Assembly: GCA_025786725.1 (NCBI GenBank)
Contig: JAHLTZ010000042.1
Span: 62,001 to 126,000 of the forward strand
Direction of reading: 5' to 3'
Length of the DNA stretch: 64,000 nt
Source of the DNA: Syncephalis fuscata S228
Lineage: Eukaryota > Fungi > Zoopagomycota
This document shows positions 1 to 16,478 of this stretch, in pieces. The notes under the pieces were generated by a model. It was not told where the DNA came from. It did not search any database and saw only the letters and a list, made by a program, of their open reading frames with translations. How positions within the stretch are numbered: position 1 is the stretch's first letter; the number at the start of each line of letters is the position of its first letter. The position numbers and the translations under genes are program-made.

Positions 1-372
1 CAAATTACTGCGCAAAATGCAATAACTCAAATGTCACCAATAGATATCGACAGTCCGGTCGCTCTAACCGAGTCACCAGTAGAATCGCCCAACTTGGAGG
101 TATTACCACCTTTTCCTCCTCCTCCTCCACCCAGCACACCGCGTTTGCTACTGGATGAAAGAAGACGCCGTTCAACACAGCTTCTTCATTCTCCTCAGGG
201 ACGTAATACACTGCCGCCAAGAAACCGTATAGTTAACGCTTCCGATGCCGATACGTCTGGTCTAAGTATGCTTGGAAGAATGCCAGCATGGCATGAATGT
301 CAGCAACAAATACGAGCAATAACGCAAGCTACCATACGGCTGCTCGATATTGAGCGAGATGCCGGCATGTAG
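1..372 (+). CDS. 3' terminal exon of an unidentified gene (Pro/Ser-rich C-terminus), truncated by the window edge
   Basis: The frame is open from base 1 to TAG at 370-372 and is GC-richer than the AT-rich flank. No recognisable domain. Confidence 0.55.
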   Translation, partial: QITAQNAITQMSPIDIDSPVALTESPVESPNLEVLPPFPPPPPPSTPRLLLDERRRRSTQLLHSPQGRNTLPPRNRIVNASDADTSGLSMLGRMPAWHECQQQIRAITQATIRLLDIERDAGM

Positions 373-704
373 ATGACAAATAATCAATGACAATCCGTTA
401 AATGATTTAAATCATTGTATAAAAACCATAGTTATTATTGAAGTATCTCAATGTAAATTATTTGCTCAATCTAATACTATTTTCTTTTATTTATTATATT
501 AAAGCTAAACCATAGAACTCAGCATATGATGTAATGTTTGTGAAGTTTAAGAGAAAACTTACAAAGTCAAATAATAAACAGGTGATCATCATAACAGCAC
601 ACTATTAAATATTAAAAATGAAACATACTCATCATTGATTTGTACACTACTTTTGTATCATGTCTTCTCTACCAACTTCACGCGGCTCAGCGCGTCTTTT
701 TGCT

Positions 705-3700
705 ATGGTAAACCATAATAATACAGTATTATTAGCAATTTAGACTAAGTATATTGTATATAGAGCGAGAATGATCAGTCTAATCAGGGATCACAACTGA
801 CACTACCTTCACCGCCACCACCACCTTCTACACTTCCAGGAATGCGCACGCTCGGCTCGGCTCCTTCATTCTCTAGTGCGCCCTCTATTGCCATTTTACG
901 CAAGAAAGGTAATGTTAACGTATTGCTAGTATAGATAGTCTAATGAACTCATATATATATATATATATTGACGGTTATTATGGTCGATACAGAACACACT
1001 CATACGTCGACACCTAGTCCAGCACCAGCAGCCTTTCCACTGGAACAAGAGGCAAAAACCCGCTCTAAAAAGAAGAAAAAGAAGGAGAAGCGAGGTAAAC
1101 GTCGTTCACATCGATCGCGTAGTCCACGTCCATCTAGGTCGCGATCTAAAGAATCAACTCGTTATCATAGACGTCGACGTAGTCCCAGTACCGATGACGT
1201 ATCATCAAGCGATGAAGGATCTACATTAAACTATCATCGTCAACGCTCATCGAACACTTCAGTAAGTGTAATTGAAATTATTTATCTATTATATTTATAT
1301 TTTGCATGTTTATAGACAAAAGGGTAACTTTAATTGTAATAGACCGTTGATACAAAATACTAATAGATCAAATAGACAAAATGATGATCAATATAACAGC
1401 CTTTATTACTATGACCGTCAAGGTGATAGAAATAATCTAACATATGAAAGCATGTACAAATATGATGTACCACGATATAGAACTCGTGAAGGTAACCATT
1501 GCTGTTTATTACACCATTACTGTATACTAACTATAGATAATGTATAATAGTAAGGACAGTTTTGGGTGCCCCATTATTTGTACGCACCATTAAAGGATCT
1601 CACGGTGAAGTATCCAATTTGGAAATATCTAAAAATATGCCATCACGGTCATCAAAGGTATTTATTATATAATTATAGTTATATATATATATAAATACAA
1701 TGATAATCATATATAATAGATATCTCGATATACTGATTATGCTGATCAATTTCGAATTTCCACATCATCATCATCAGCAGCACCAGTATCGATAGAAATA
1801 ACAAAGTAGGTGGTATTAATATTTAAATATAAATAATAACAACCATTAGAAATGAGGCAAATCTAGAAGAAAATGACTATATTAAATTGCAATTCGATAC
1901 GCCAATGTCAAATGCAATAGTTACTCGCACAAACACTGACCTGCCATCAACAATAGATCCGATGAAAGAAAAGCTTATTCAATTAGAACAACATGTACAA
2001 AATGTAAGTTACAATATCATGTCCCATAATACTTGCTTATAATATATAGTATCCATATGATGTCGATGGATGGTTAAGGCGAATTGCCTTTCAAGATGAA
2101 CAACTTTCATGGCCATCGAATAGAAAAGCCACCACACGTCACACGCTACTTGAAGTCAAACTATCAATTTATGAAAAAGCATTAGAGAATTGTCCAGACA
2201 ATGAGCGTCTACTTATTGGTTATATGAAGGGATGCGAAGCATTATGGGAGTAAGTATTACATATATATATATATGTAGGTTATAGATCTAATAATGTAAT
2301 GATGTAATATAGAACACCGCGCTTATTAAATGAATGGGAACAAATATTAAAGACACATCCAAGTCATTTACAGTTATGGATTGAATATCTTAATTTATAT
2401 CAACATCGATTCCAAGTATTTAGTGTTACTTCATGTCTACAAGCATATGAACAATGTATTACGACATTCCGTCAACTTTTATGGGAACATCCACAAGGTA
2501 CGTAATAGTTACAGATTATATTCATATTGCTAATCATTGATATTAGTTAAAGAAGATTTGGAATTATCATTTATTAGAATATTCCAACGAGCATGTCAAT
2601 TACTATTTGATTCAGGTATTATCGTTATTATTATTATAAAAGTATATTAATTGATGATTAAATAGGGTATACAGAACGGGCTATTAGTTGTTATCAAGCA
2701 ATGATTGAGTTATCATTTTTCAGTTTAACAGAAGACTATTCAATTGAATCTAATTGGAAACGATTATTAAAACAATTTGAATATTATTGGGAACAATCCT
2801 ATCCACGTATTGGAGACAGAGTAAGACAATATATTAAGTAATTAAATAATTAAATAATTAAATATATTTATTTCATATTAGAAAGCACGTGGTTGGTGGA
2901 AACACTTTGAAGGTAAGTAAATATTAAATATATTTATACTATAATTATATAGTATTAATAACATAGAAATAGAAGAAGAAGAAGAAGAAGAAGAAAGTAA
3001 TAGTGACAGTAATGACAATTATATTAAAGATACAATAGTTAAAGGTAATTTAGATTCAATAGCTGTTTACTATTTAATAATAATTAAATTTAAAAGATAA
3101 TAAAACTATTTGGATTCATCAAGAACAACAATTAGAAGTAGAATCATTATTGCCTCTACATGATTTATCTAAATCCACTCGTAAGTTTAATTAATAGTAT
3201 AACAATAATGGCTAATTACTTAATTAATATTAGAGGATCCATTTAGAATGGTGATGTTTGAAGATATTCAATCTTTACTATTCCCACCCTTAATGTCAAG
3301 TGTGGCTCGTTCTCGACTTATTACGGGATTGACCTCTTTATTAGGATTCTATCATTGTCAACCAGGATTATCTTCATCTGATCTGGCTGTTCTTGATCCA
3401 TATTTACACAGTGAATGTACTCAATCATTACCAATATCTCAATGGATTTGTTTATTATCAAAGAAGATAAAGATTTAATGGATATGACATCCAAGAGTAG
3501 TGATTGTAATACCAATAATGATCGTAATAGTAATCTACCTATATCAAACTATCCTCAATCGATATTCAGTATGGATAATGGAAAACAAAACAGCTATCCA
3601 TCCTTATCTATTATTGAATTCTACCGGTAAATACAAATAATAGACCAATTCATATAAATAGCTAATAGTATAATAACAATTATAATAACAATCATAATAA

Positions 3701-5342
3701 TAGATGCTGTTTATGGCAACTAGCACCATTTATAAGAGATATTCATGGTTATGCTATTCTTATTACACTACTACCCGTGGATGATATACTATTGTAAGTT
3801 ATAGGCGTAGTATAATAGATACATATTGATAATATATATATATGGTTAGACTACTTGATACATTAAAAGTATCCCATTTAATGGATGAATTAGGACGGGT
3901 GGCCTATCAAAGTATTAAAACTAGATTAGCCCTATCATCTATCGATAAGGTAACATTTATAAATGAATAAGTGACTAGTTATTAATCAATCAATAGATAT
4001 ATAGAATGGCATATGAAGAATTACCACAAGAAGTGTCACTATCTAAAGAATGGTGGTCAATAGCCCCTTCATTACATTCACTGGTCAAGACTGTATTAAG
4101 TATGGGCCAGGAACAACAAGCATTTAATATACTTATGTGTATGGCCATTTACCGTGATCAACCAAGTAAATAGATGGTATTCAAGTAGATTCATACTAAT
4201 AAATAAATAAATAATAGTAACAAGAGAACAAAGGGCAGCGGTACAATGGACACCTATTCAACAATTAAAGGCGCGTAAAGTAAGTTATAGCTATTACTTT
4301 AGTAATATGAATACTACTCACCACCCTATTAGATGTATGACCTTAGTATAAGTAGTCATTTATTAGTGGAACATTCAGACTATTTGGGGGATGAACAAAC
4401 TATTGGCATTGTGGGATGTATAACACTATTTGAATATTTTACGCATGGTATATCAAGTGCCAGTCGTATTTATCAACAAGTGTTTGATTTATTAGAAGAT
4501 GTAGGATTGGGTAAAAGTGTACGGGCTGAATTAATTCATATGCAATATCCTTTTTATTCTGCCATCATCCATTGAGTAGAATAGTTATTTCAAATTAACC
4601 AACTATTATTATTATTACAGAGACCCAATTATATTTAATACATCAATCCATTTGTACACTTTATCGACCAGCTGATTTCCGACATCGATTAGATGTGGCA
4701 TTAACACTATTTCCACATAATACATATCTATTATCGGCCTATTTAATGAATGAAACTAAATTTAAGATAGAGAATCGTTTACGACGTTCATTAGATAGTT
4801 TAATACACTTGTAAGTGACTTTAACCATTTGATGATTATTTGTATTAAACTATCGATGGATAGACAATCTTCCCATTGGTTATGGATGTTTAGCATCTAT
4901 GCTGAATTACGCTATCAACCAGGTAATTATAACGTATATCGAGTGCGTAATCTATTCGATCAAGCTATAGAAGATAGCAGGTAGGTTTATATAATAAGAA
5001 TATCATATGGGTATTTATATATATATATATAACGATTTAGTGGTGCTACTTCGGCCTCTTTATGGACACTTTATATTCTATTTGAATTACAGCAGAATAA
5101 TACTAAACGAGCAAATCAACTATTTCTACGAGCTATTCGAGCTTGTCCATGGCATAAACGTAAGTATCATATCATATATACTATACTATACTATACTAAT
5201 GTAACTGTATTATAATCTACTATTAGGTATTTATCTATTAGCCTACACTGTACTCAATAATACACTAGAAGATAGTGAAGTATCGGAAACACTGGATTTA
5301 ATGATGGAGAAAGAAATACGTCTACGTAGTCTACCCGAATAA
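705..5342 (+). CDS. NRDE2: NRDE-2 family nuclear exosome/splicing regulator (more than 20 exons)
   Basis: ATG-only first exon (705-707, then a GTAAAC...TAG intron). It continues with PSFSSAP, a K/R/S-rich region, YYYDRQGDRNNLTYESMYKYDVPRY, HAT-like repeats (KLSIYEKALENCP; GYTERAISCYQAMIE; LRAIRACPWHK) and C-terminal LDLMMEKEIRLRSLPE*, matching the NRDE2 C-terminus. Confidence 0.88.
4545..4618 (+). other. Probable U12-type (minor spliceosome) AT-AC intron in NRDE2
   Basis: The 5' end is ATATCCTTT (U12 donor consensus), there is a TTAAC branch-like motif at 4595-4599, and the intron ends in AC at 4617-4618. Removal gives in-frame ELIHMQ|ETQLYLIHQ. Confidence 0.7.
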
Positions 5343-5443
5343 ACTAATTGATCATTATTGTGTAAAATAAAGAGTGAATTCAATCAGTGTTTGTTTAAGT
5401 AAACACCATTTATAGACGGTTATAATACGATGACCCTTAAAGA

Positions 5444-5807
5444 TTAATCGTCATAACCTGCAGGTGGATTTCTTGGACGATTTGGTACTATTAAATAAGT
5501 GTTGTCAATAAATGTCATTAATACGCGTGTAGATATGAATCCAACTCTACAAACTACTTACAAGGAAAGCTATAAGGTAGTGGTTGAGCAGTTTCATAAC
5601 CGAGTCTTCTACGTAGAGATGGTCCAAACAATGCCACTACAGGACCTATAATTGTATATGGATGAGCTATGTACAATCCAATAACCCTTTATGTTACTAT
5701 TTAACATAGTGGCCCTTACCAATAGTACCGACGGCGAATGAAAAGACAATCACCGGTGACTCAAAAGTGACACGACGAACAGTGTCCCAAATACGACCAG
5801 ATGACAT
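5444..5807 (-). CDS. NADH:ubiquinone oxidoreductase 9.5-kDa subunit (NDUFA3/NI9M-like), 3 exons
   Basis: Spliced product MSSGRIWDTVRRVTFESPVIVFSFAVGTIG-PVVALFGPSLRRRLGYETAQPLPYSFP-LPNRPRNPPAGYDD* has the typical fungal 9.5-kDa subunit pattern. Confidence 0.85.
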
Positions 5808-6031
5808 TGTATTGAATAGTAGAAGTAACAGTAACAGTAAGCCGTGATTCAATAAAACTAAAACACCAATGGTGAAAGAGAAGGAGGGAGTAGGAGAGAG
5901 CGAGTGAGAAGTGAAGTGAAAGATGTAAGAAAATAGATTATTACTACGACAGCCATCCATCATACTATTTTCTTTTTATTATTGGTATTGGTATTCAACT
6001 TGACTGGTCCATTGATTGTTGATAGCCAACT

Positions 6032-7629
6032 ATGCCGACTTCTACTTCTACAGTATTCCAGGCTAGTATAGCTACAGAACAGCCTATACGGAAAGTGCGT
6101 TGGTTGCAATCATCACATGAATTTGGTCAATCTACCGTGTATTTACTTGCCGGTTTACACGGTAACCAACAGGCAAGTATCCTGTAGAATTGTTTAATGG
6201 TAGAGAAAGTATTAACTATAGGCTATTTAGCCTAATCGTATTGCTTTATATGAATGTAGTGGTATGCATAAACCAGCTAGTGGCATCGATGTATCAACTA
6301 CATTGGACGCGACTTTAAAAGCAATAACAAATCATTCGGGTGAAGTGATGGATATCACGGTAAGGATTATTACAGCATATGAATACAATACACTAATTAG
6401 TTATGCTAGTGTATTGATACTAGCACATTTATTACGGCCAGCAGTAAAGGTGTTCTTGGTGTTTATAAGACACAAAATGTAATAAATAACTGTAAATGTA
6501 TAAATATATAAATAATATCTAACATATCGAGTAGACTGATCCATCATGGGAATTGACATCGATGGCCACTATAACATCATTGACTACAAGTTATACACAG
6601 CTGGCCACACAGCCTCACGTTAATAGTGTACCAGAGATTGCGGCAGCTGGTGAAGATGGTCGACTAACGATCATTCATCCAGAGAGTACACAAGTGCTAT
6701 CTACTTCTGGTAATTGTTTATGTTTGGTATAATATGACTGTGTCATAATTGGTGTAATTTAGATGCGTATTGTATGCCATTGACCGGCCTTACTTGGTTA
6801 TCATCTACACAAATTGTAAGTGGGTATTGGTGTAAGTTTTAAATCTAATAATTAAATAGTTGGCATCCACTTGTGCTGGTCAATTATTAATGTATGATCG
6901 AAATGATTTACGCAAGCCTGTATCTGTTTATTCAGAGTAAGTGAGCTATGTTGCTATTATTATTAATAACCATAATAACCATAATCATTATCGGTATTGC
7001 TTGTTATAATTAGTCCTGATGATCGTACAACGGGTATTAATGCTATTGCAGTACATCCATCTCAGGTTAGTCATTAATAGAGGAACTAAGAAAATGTGTA
7101 TATTTACTAATATATTTATTATATAGATTAATAAAGTAGCTATGGGTGATCAAATGGGTCGTGTTGCGGTTTGGGATTTCCGTTCAGGACATTTGCCTGC
7201 TTCTGAATATATGCAAGCTCATACGGCACCAGGTAATTAATTATATATGTATATATAATCTATGTGTGTAGTAATAATGGCTATCTAGTTCGTGAGATTA
7301 CTTTTCATCCTAGATATCCTGATCAGCTGCTTAGCTGTTCTGACGGTAATTATATGTTAATTTAATATCTATATATAGTGGATACTAACGAATGACGACT
7401 ATATCTATATCTATATCTATGTCTATCTAGATGGTACCTGCTGCATTAGTGATTGGGCTCAGCCTTATGAGGATCGATTCATCGCTTTGTTACGTCAACG
7501 GCCACGTATTCGACCAATAACACATCCATCAAATACACTTCCTGCCAATAGTATGGATTATAGTTATCAGGTCAATTGTTAGCATGTGGCACGGAAAGTG
7601 GGCGACTTCTTCTAAGATGTGACGAATAA
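6032..7629 (+). CDS. NUP43: WD40 nucleoporin Nup43-like
   Basis: Motifs IRKVRW; AIAVHPSQ...GDQMGRVAVWDFR...QAHTAPVREITFHPRYPDQLLSCSDDG; and C-terminal QLLACGTESG (after an apparent 1-nt deletion near 7570) parallel Nup43 motifs. Confidence 0.72.
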
Positions 7630-7794
7630 GCGTGGTTTAAATAAGAGCTTAGAGAATAAAATAAAATAACTATTTTAACTATTAGTATCGATTGAATTGG
7701 ATAATATTGGTGTTAGTATAGATTAATTATTGTGTGATTAATGGATTGAATTTTAACATTTATTTTATTTTTATTCAAAATTACCGTATTTACT

Positions 7795-11567
<3,773 letters not shown>

Positions 11568-11623
11568 CTAATTAACATGGTTATAATAAAATGTTCATTT
11601 AATAATCAAAAACATTAAACAAA

Positions 11624-12538
<915 letters not shown>

Positions 12539-13430
12539 AGTTGCAGCTATTGCTAGTTCGACCTGGCCACAAAGAAATACTGTGCTATTGAGGCTGGTGT
12601 CAGTTTAGACAGGTAGTCAGACTATGGTAAACAAAGGCCGCTACAGGTATTGGTCCAAACTGTTTGTACTGGTCGGCTCGGTTAGAGACAAGATGAGCAG
12701 CGTAAACAGTACACGTCTAGCTGCAAGTAATAAATGATGGCAATAAACGTAGTGGTGGTAGTGATAGTAGTACTAGTATGGTGCAACTGTGAATACACTG
12801 AATAGACGGAGGTTCAAAAATGAAAACACAAACAAGAATAGAGCCAATACAAGGGTCAACTAATCGTCAATGGAAGAGACTCTGCCACTCTTACTAGACG
12901 ATATAGTTGTACGTGCTGAATATACCTACAACTGTAGACGTGTGTAGATGAATGCTACGAGAAAGATGACGATACGCTCGCTAACAGGAGAAAGAAGCAA
13001 AGGGATCGAATGGTAGATGGCCTACTTTTAGTGAGACCATCGACTTTGTCCATCGATGATTGGATGGTTAATATCGTCCAATGAACAGACAATGCGGAGT
13101 GCGTCGAATGAATGCGCTCTTTCGTCCTTGCTTGTATTGCTGCTATACTGGTTTCTCATCTTTTGTCCACTTTGAACTGCAACGGTAGTTGTAACTAAAC
13201 AACGACAACGGCAGTAATATTGACAGCAAGCCTTTGCTTTTGTTTGTTTGTTCGTTCGCTCGTTGGCTGGTTGTACACGTATACATGCTTGCTGATCTAA
13301 ATACAGTAAATCACTCGACATATCTATTCTAATAGTTATACACTAATTGTAGCTATTGTTGTTGGCTAAGCCATACAAGCTATTTAACGGCGTAATACGC
13401 TTATTATTTTTCTCCATTTTTCTTGAACGT

Positions 13431-15629
13431 ATGCGTGAACGGTCACCAACAACGCGTGTCGAGTTGGCGACATTTTCGACCACTCAGCCAGATGCGAGCA
13501 CGAATGAAGTAACAAAGGAAGAACGTCGTTCTACAAACTCAGTATCGCCTTCGCGATGGAATACAAAAGAGTTTTACGTATACTATGCTACATTTATTAC
13601 TGTTGTTCCATATATGATATGGTCCACTTATCATTTGAGTTCAGGTAAAGGCTACTTGTATCATGTACTATTTTAAACTTATGCCAGCGATATTAGAGTC
13701 AATGCCCAACTATAAGGTCTACGAGCACACTTTGTCAGATGGATGGATTTTTGGTAGAAAAATAGTACGTTTATTGTTTGCATGCTGTGTTTACTGTAAT
13801 ATTACGCGATATTAGGATAATACCGATGCACAATATAGAGAGTTTCGTCGTCATATCCCACTATTGGCAATGGGAGCAGCCATTTATGTAATAATTAGTA
13901 ATTTACTAGATAAATTTACATCGACTGTCAAAGATGGCCAGGTTGTACGCAACATAGCGGCGAGACGCATATTCTATCTTGTATCATCTGCACTATTTAT
14001 GGTTGCCATTAGCGGTGCCAATATTATTAAGATTATATTGATTGTTAGCATCAATTATGCAGTGGCCAAGATTGGTCAAGGATCAAGATGGAATCCACTT
14101 ATTACTTGGATATTTAACTTGGCTGTACTGCTATTCAATGATCAATTTGAAGGCTATCGATACAGTGAAATTAATAGCGCATTGGCATTTTTTGTAAGTA
14201 GTTTATAGATTGCAGAACATGGCCACTAATGATCATATAGGACAATCATCGTGGACTTATGCCTCGATGGGAGATTCATTTTAAATTTGCCATGTTACGT
14301 ATGGTATCGTTTAATATGGATTATTATTGGTGTTGTCAAGGAGCGTATCAGGAATTGGATACAAATGTTAGTAGACGTCTTAATTTAATAAGCGCAGCAT
14401 TAACATTAGCTATTAGGACAAAGGCCATGTGGATAATGAACGGTCGCGTATTCAATCGCCGCGTAAACCGCACGAATACAACTATGCCAATTATTTAACC
14501 TATTTATTCTACATTCCACTGTTTCTGGCCGGCCCAATTATTACATTTAACAACTTTATCGCCCAGGTGAGTTAGATATTTAGCTTGACTCGTACAAGAA
14601 TTAATGGCAAATTACCCATTTGTAGATGCATCATAAACCAAGCAGTATTACGGTTAAATCTACTATTCTCTATGGATTACGTGTTCTTGGTGCCATACTT
14701 ACTATGGAATTAATGATGCACTATCTTTACGTAGTGACCATTAGTAAAACGCATGCTGGGCTGGATTTACTCCGTTCCAAATAAGTATGGTTGGCTACTT
14801 TAATCTTAAATTTATATGGCTTAAGGTAGGTGGTGATAATACGGTTATATAGTTCAAAATACAGTCTAACAGCAGTTATGCATAGCTGCTGATCATCTGG
14901 CGCTTTTTCCGCTTGTGGGCCATGGCCGATAATGTTGAAGTTATTGAGAATATGAACCGCTGTATGAGTAATAACTATTCTGCCCAAGGATTCTGGCGTA
15001 GCTGGCACAGAAGCTACAATCGCTGGTTAATTAGGTATGAGTAATTGTATAGCTTTTATTTATGCTAATCCACAATGGTATGCATTATACAGATATGTCT
15101 ACATTCCTATGGGTGGTAGCCAGTATGCTACCTACAATATGTGGCCAGTGTTTACATTTGTAGCTGTGTGGCATGATGTGTCATTCAAGCTATTGGCATG
15201 GGCATGGTTAATCTGTCTTTTCTTATTGCCGGAAATTGTGCTAACGCGTGTATTCCGACCTTACCGCGTAAGTAGCTTACAAACACCAATAGCATATCAA
15301 TTAATTTGTGACTGTGTAACAGAAATGGAAATATTACCGACACGTGGCGGCGATTGGTGGCGTAGGCAATATGATTATGATGGCGGTGGCCAATTTGGTT
15401 GGATTCGCTGTAGGCGTGGATGGTATGAAAGAAATGGGCAGACTGATTTTAACACCCAATGGTAAGTGCCAAGTTCTAGTATATGTCTATAGCAACAATA
15501 GCTCACAATTTGGCTTTAGGTATTGGTTTTCTAATTTTAGGGCCAATGTGCATCTTTGTAGCTGTCCAGTTGATGTTTGAAATCCGAGAAAGTGAGAAAC
15601 GAAGAGGAGTTACCGGTAATAACTTTTAG
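13431..15629 (+). CDS. GUP1: MBOAT membrane-bound O-acyltransferase, Gup1/HHAT family
   Basis: Motifs [71 protein letters not shown] and FTFVAVWHD (catalytic His). Apparent 1-nt deletion near 14756. Confidence 0.93.
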
Positions 15630-16478
15630 TTTGCTTTGAATAAATACAAATGATTTTAAATATCAATTTATTACATTTATAACAATAAATGTGCTTTAAA
15701 TATATAATTAGCTGATTTATAAAATGCAGTGCAATCAGTAAGTAATTATATCTTTATGTTAGTGGTTTGTATAGTAGATTATTCTACATATGCTATTTGC
15801 ATTTGGCTATTTGAAATTTACGCTTTGTCAAGTATGATTGGTGTAATTATGAAACACAAATATGCATTGTCGTTTCATAGATATATCGTAGCTATTTTTG
15901 GTTGTCATTTGAGCTGGTGATCTATTTGCCCCATTTTTGTAATTCCTTGACTTCGATCTGATTTGTACAGAATTACATTAATATTACAATAACTGAGCTT
16001 TTGTTTTGTTTATATAAAGCAACACGATTTATTGCCAGTTTTAAAAGCAGAGTCAAACTTGATAATTTGGAATGTAATCGCTTTTACAGCAACACAGCCG
16101 CTAGTTGTTGAATTAAGCCGGTACAGAAACTGTGTAGTGTTACAAGTTTATAGATAATATTTATGGCAGAATCATACACAGAATGCCTCTAAATCACACT
16201 TTATAATTGCTTAATATGGAATGTTACATATATTTTTAGATAGCGTTTCAAATGATAGTCAAATCATCCTTTGCAGGAATTATAAACAGGTAATTGTTAC
16301 AGTAATACCGGTTGCATTGAGAACTGTTACATATTACAATTCAATTGCTTGCCCAATATTTTATTTAAATAAAGCAACGTTTTTAATTTGCAAAACAACA
16401 ACTCACTACCAACTACCATTAGGATTATTGATTAATCTATACTTTCGTATCTTTAATATTCATTTAATTGTACCCACA

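Noticed and set aside
4573-4575. In-frame TGA in NRDE2 as selenocysteine or readthrough
   Set aside because: It falls inside the predicted AT-AC intron, and NRDE2 is not a redox selenoprotein.
6177-6185. GTATCCTG as a U12 GT-AG donor in NUP43
   Set aside because: Both nearby acceptors give an immediate stop. The GC donor at 6173 restores the frame.
13028-13321. 97-aa minus-strand ORF upstream of YPT6
   Set aside because: No recognisable domain, and it includes simple repeats. It lies in a divergent promoter/UTR region, so a uORF cannot be supported from sequence alone.
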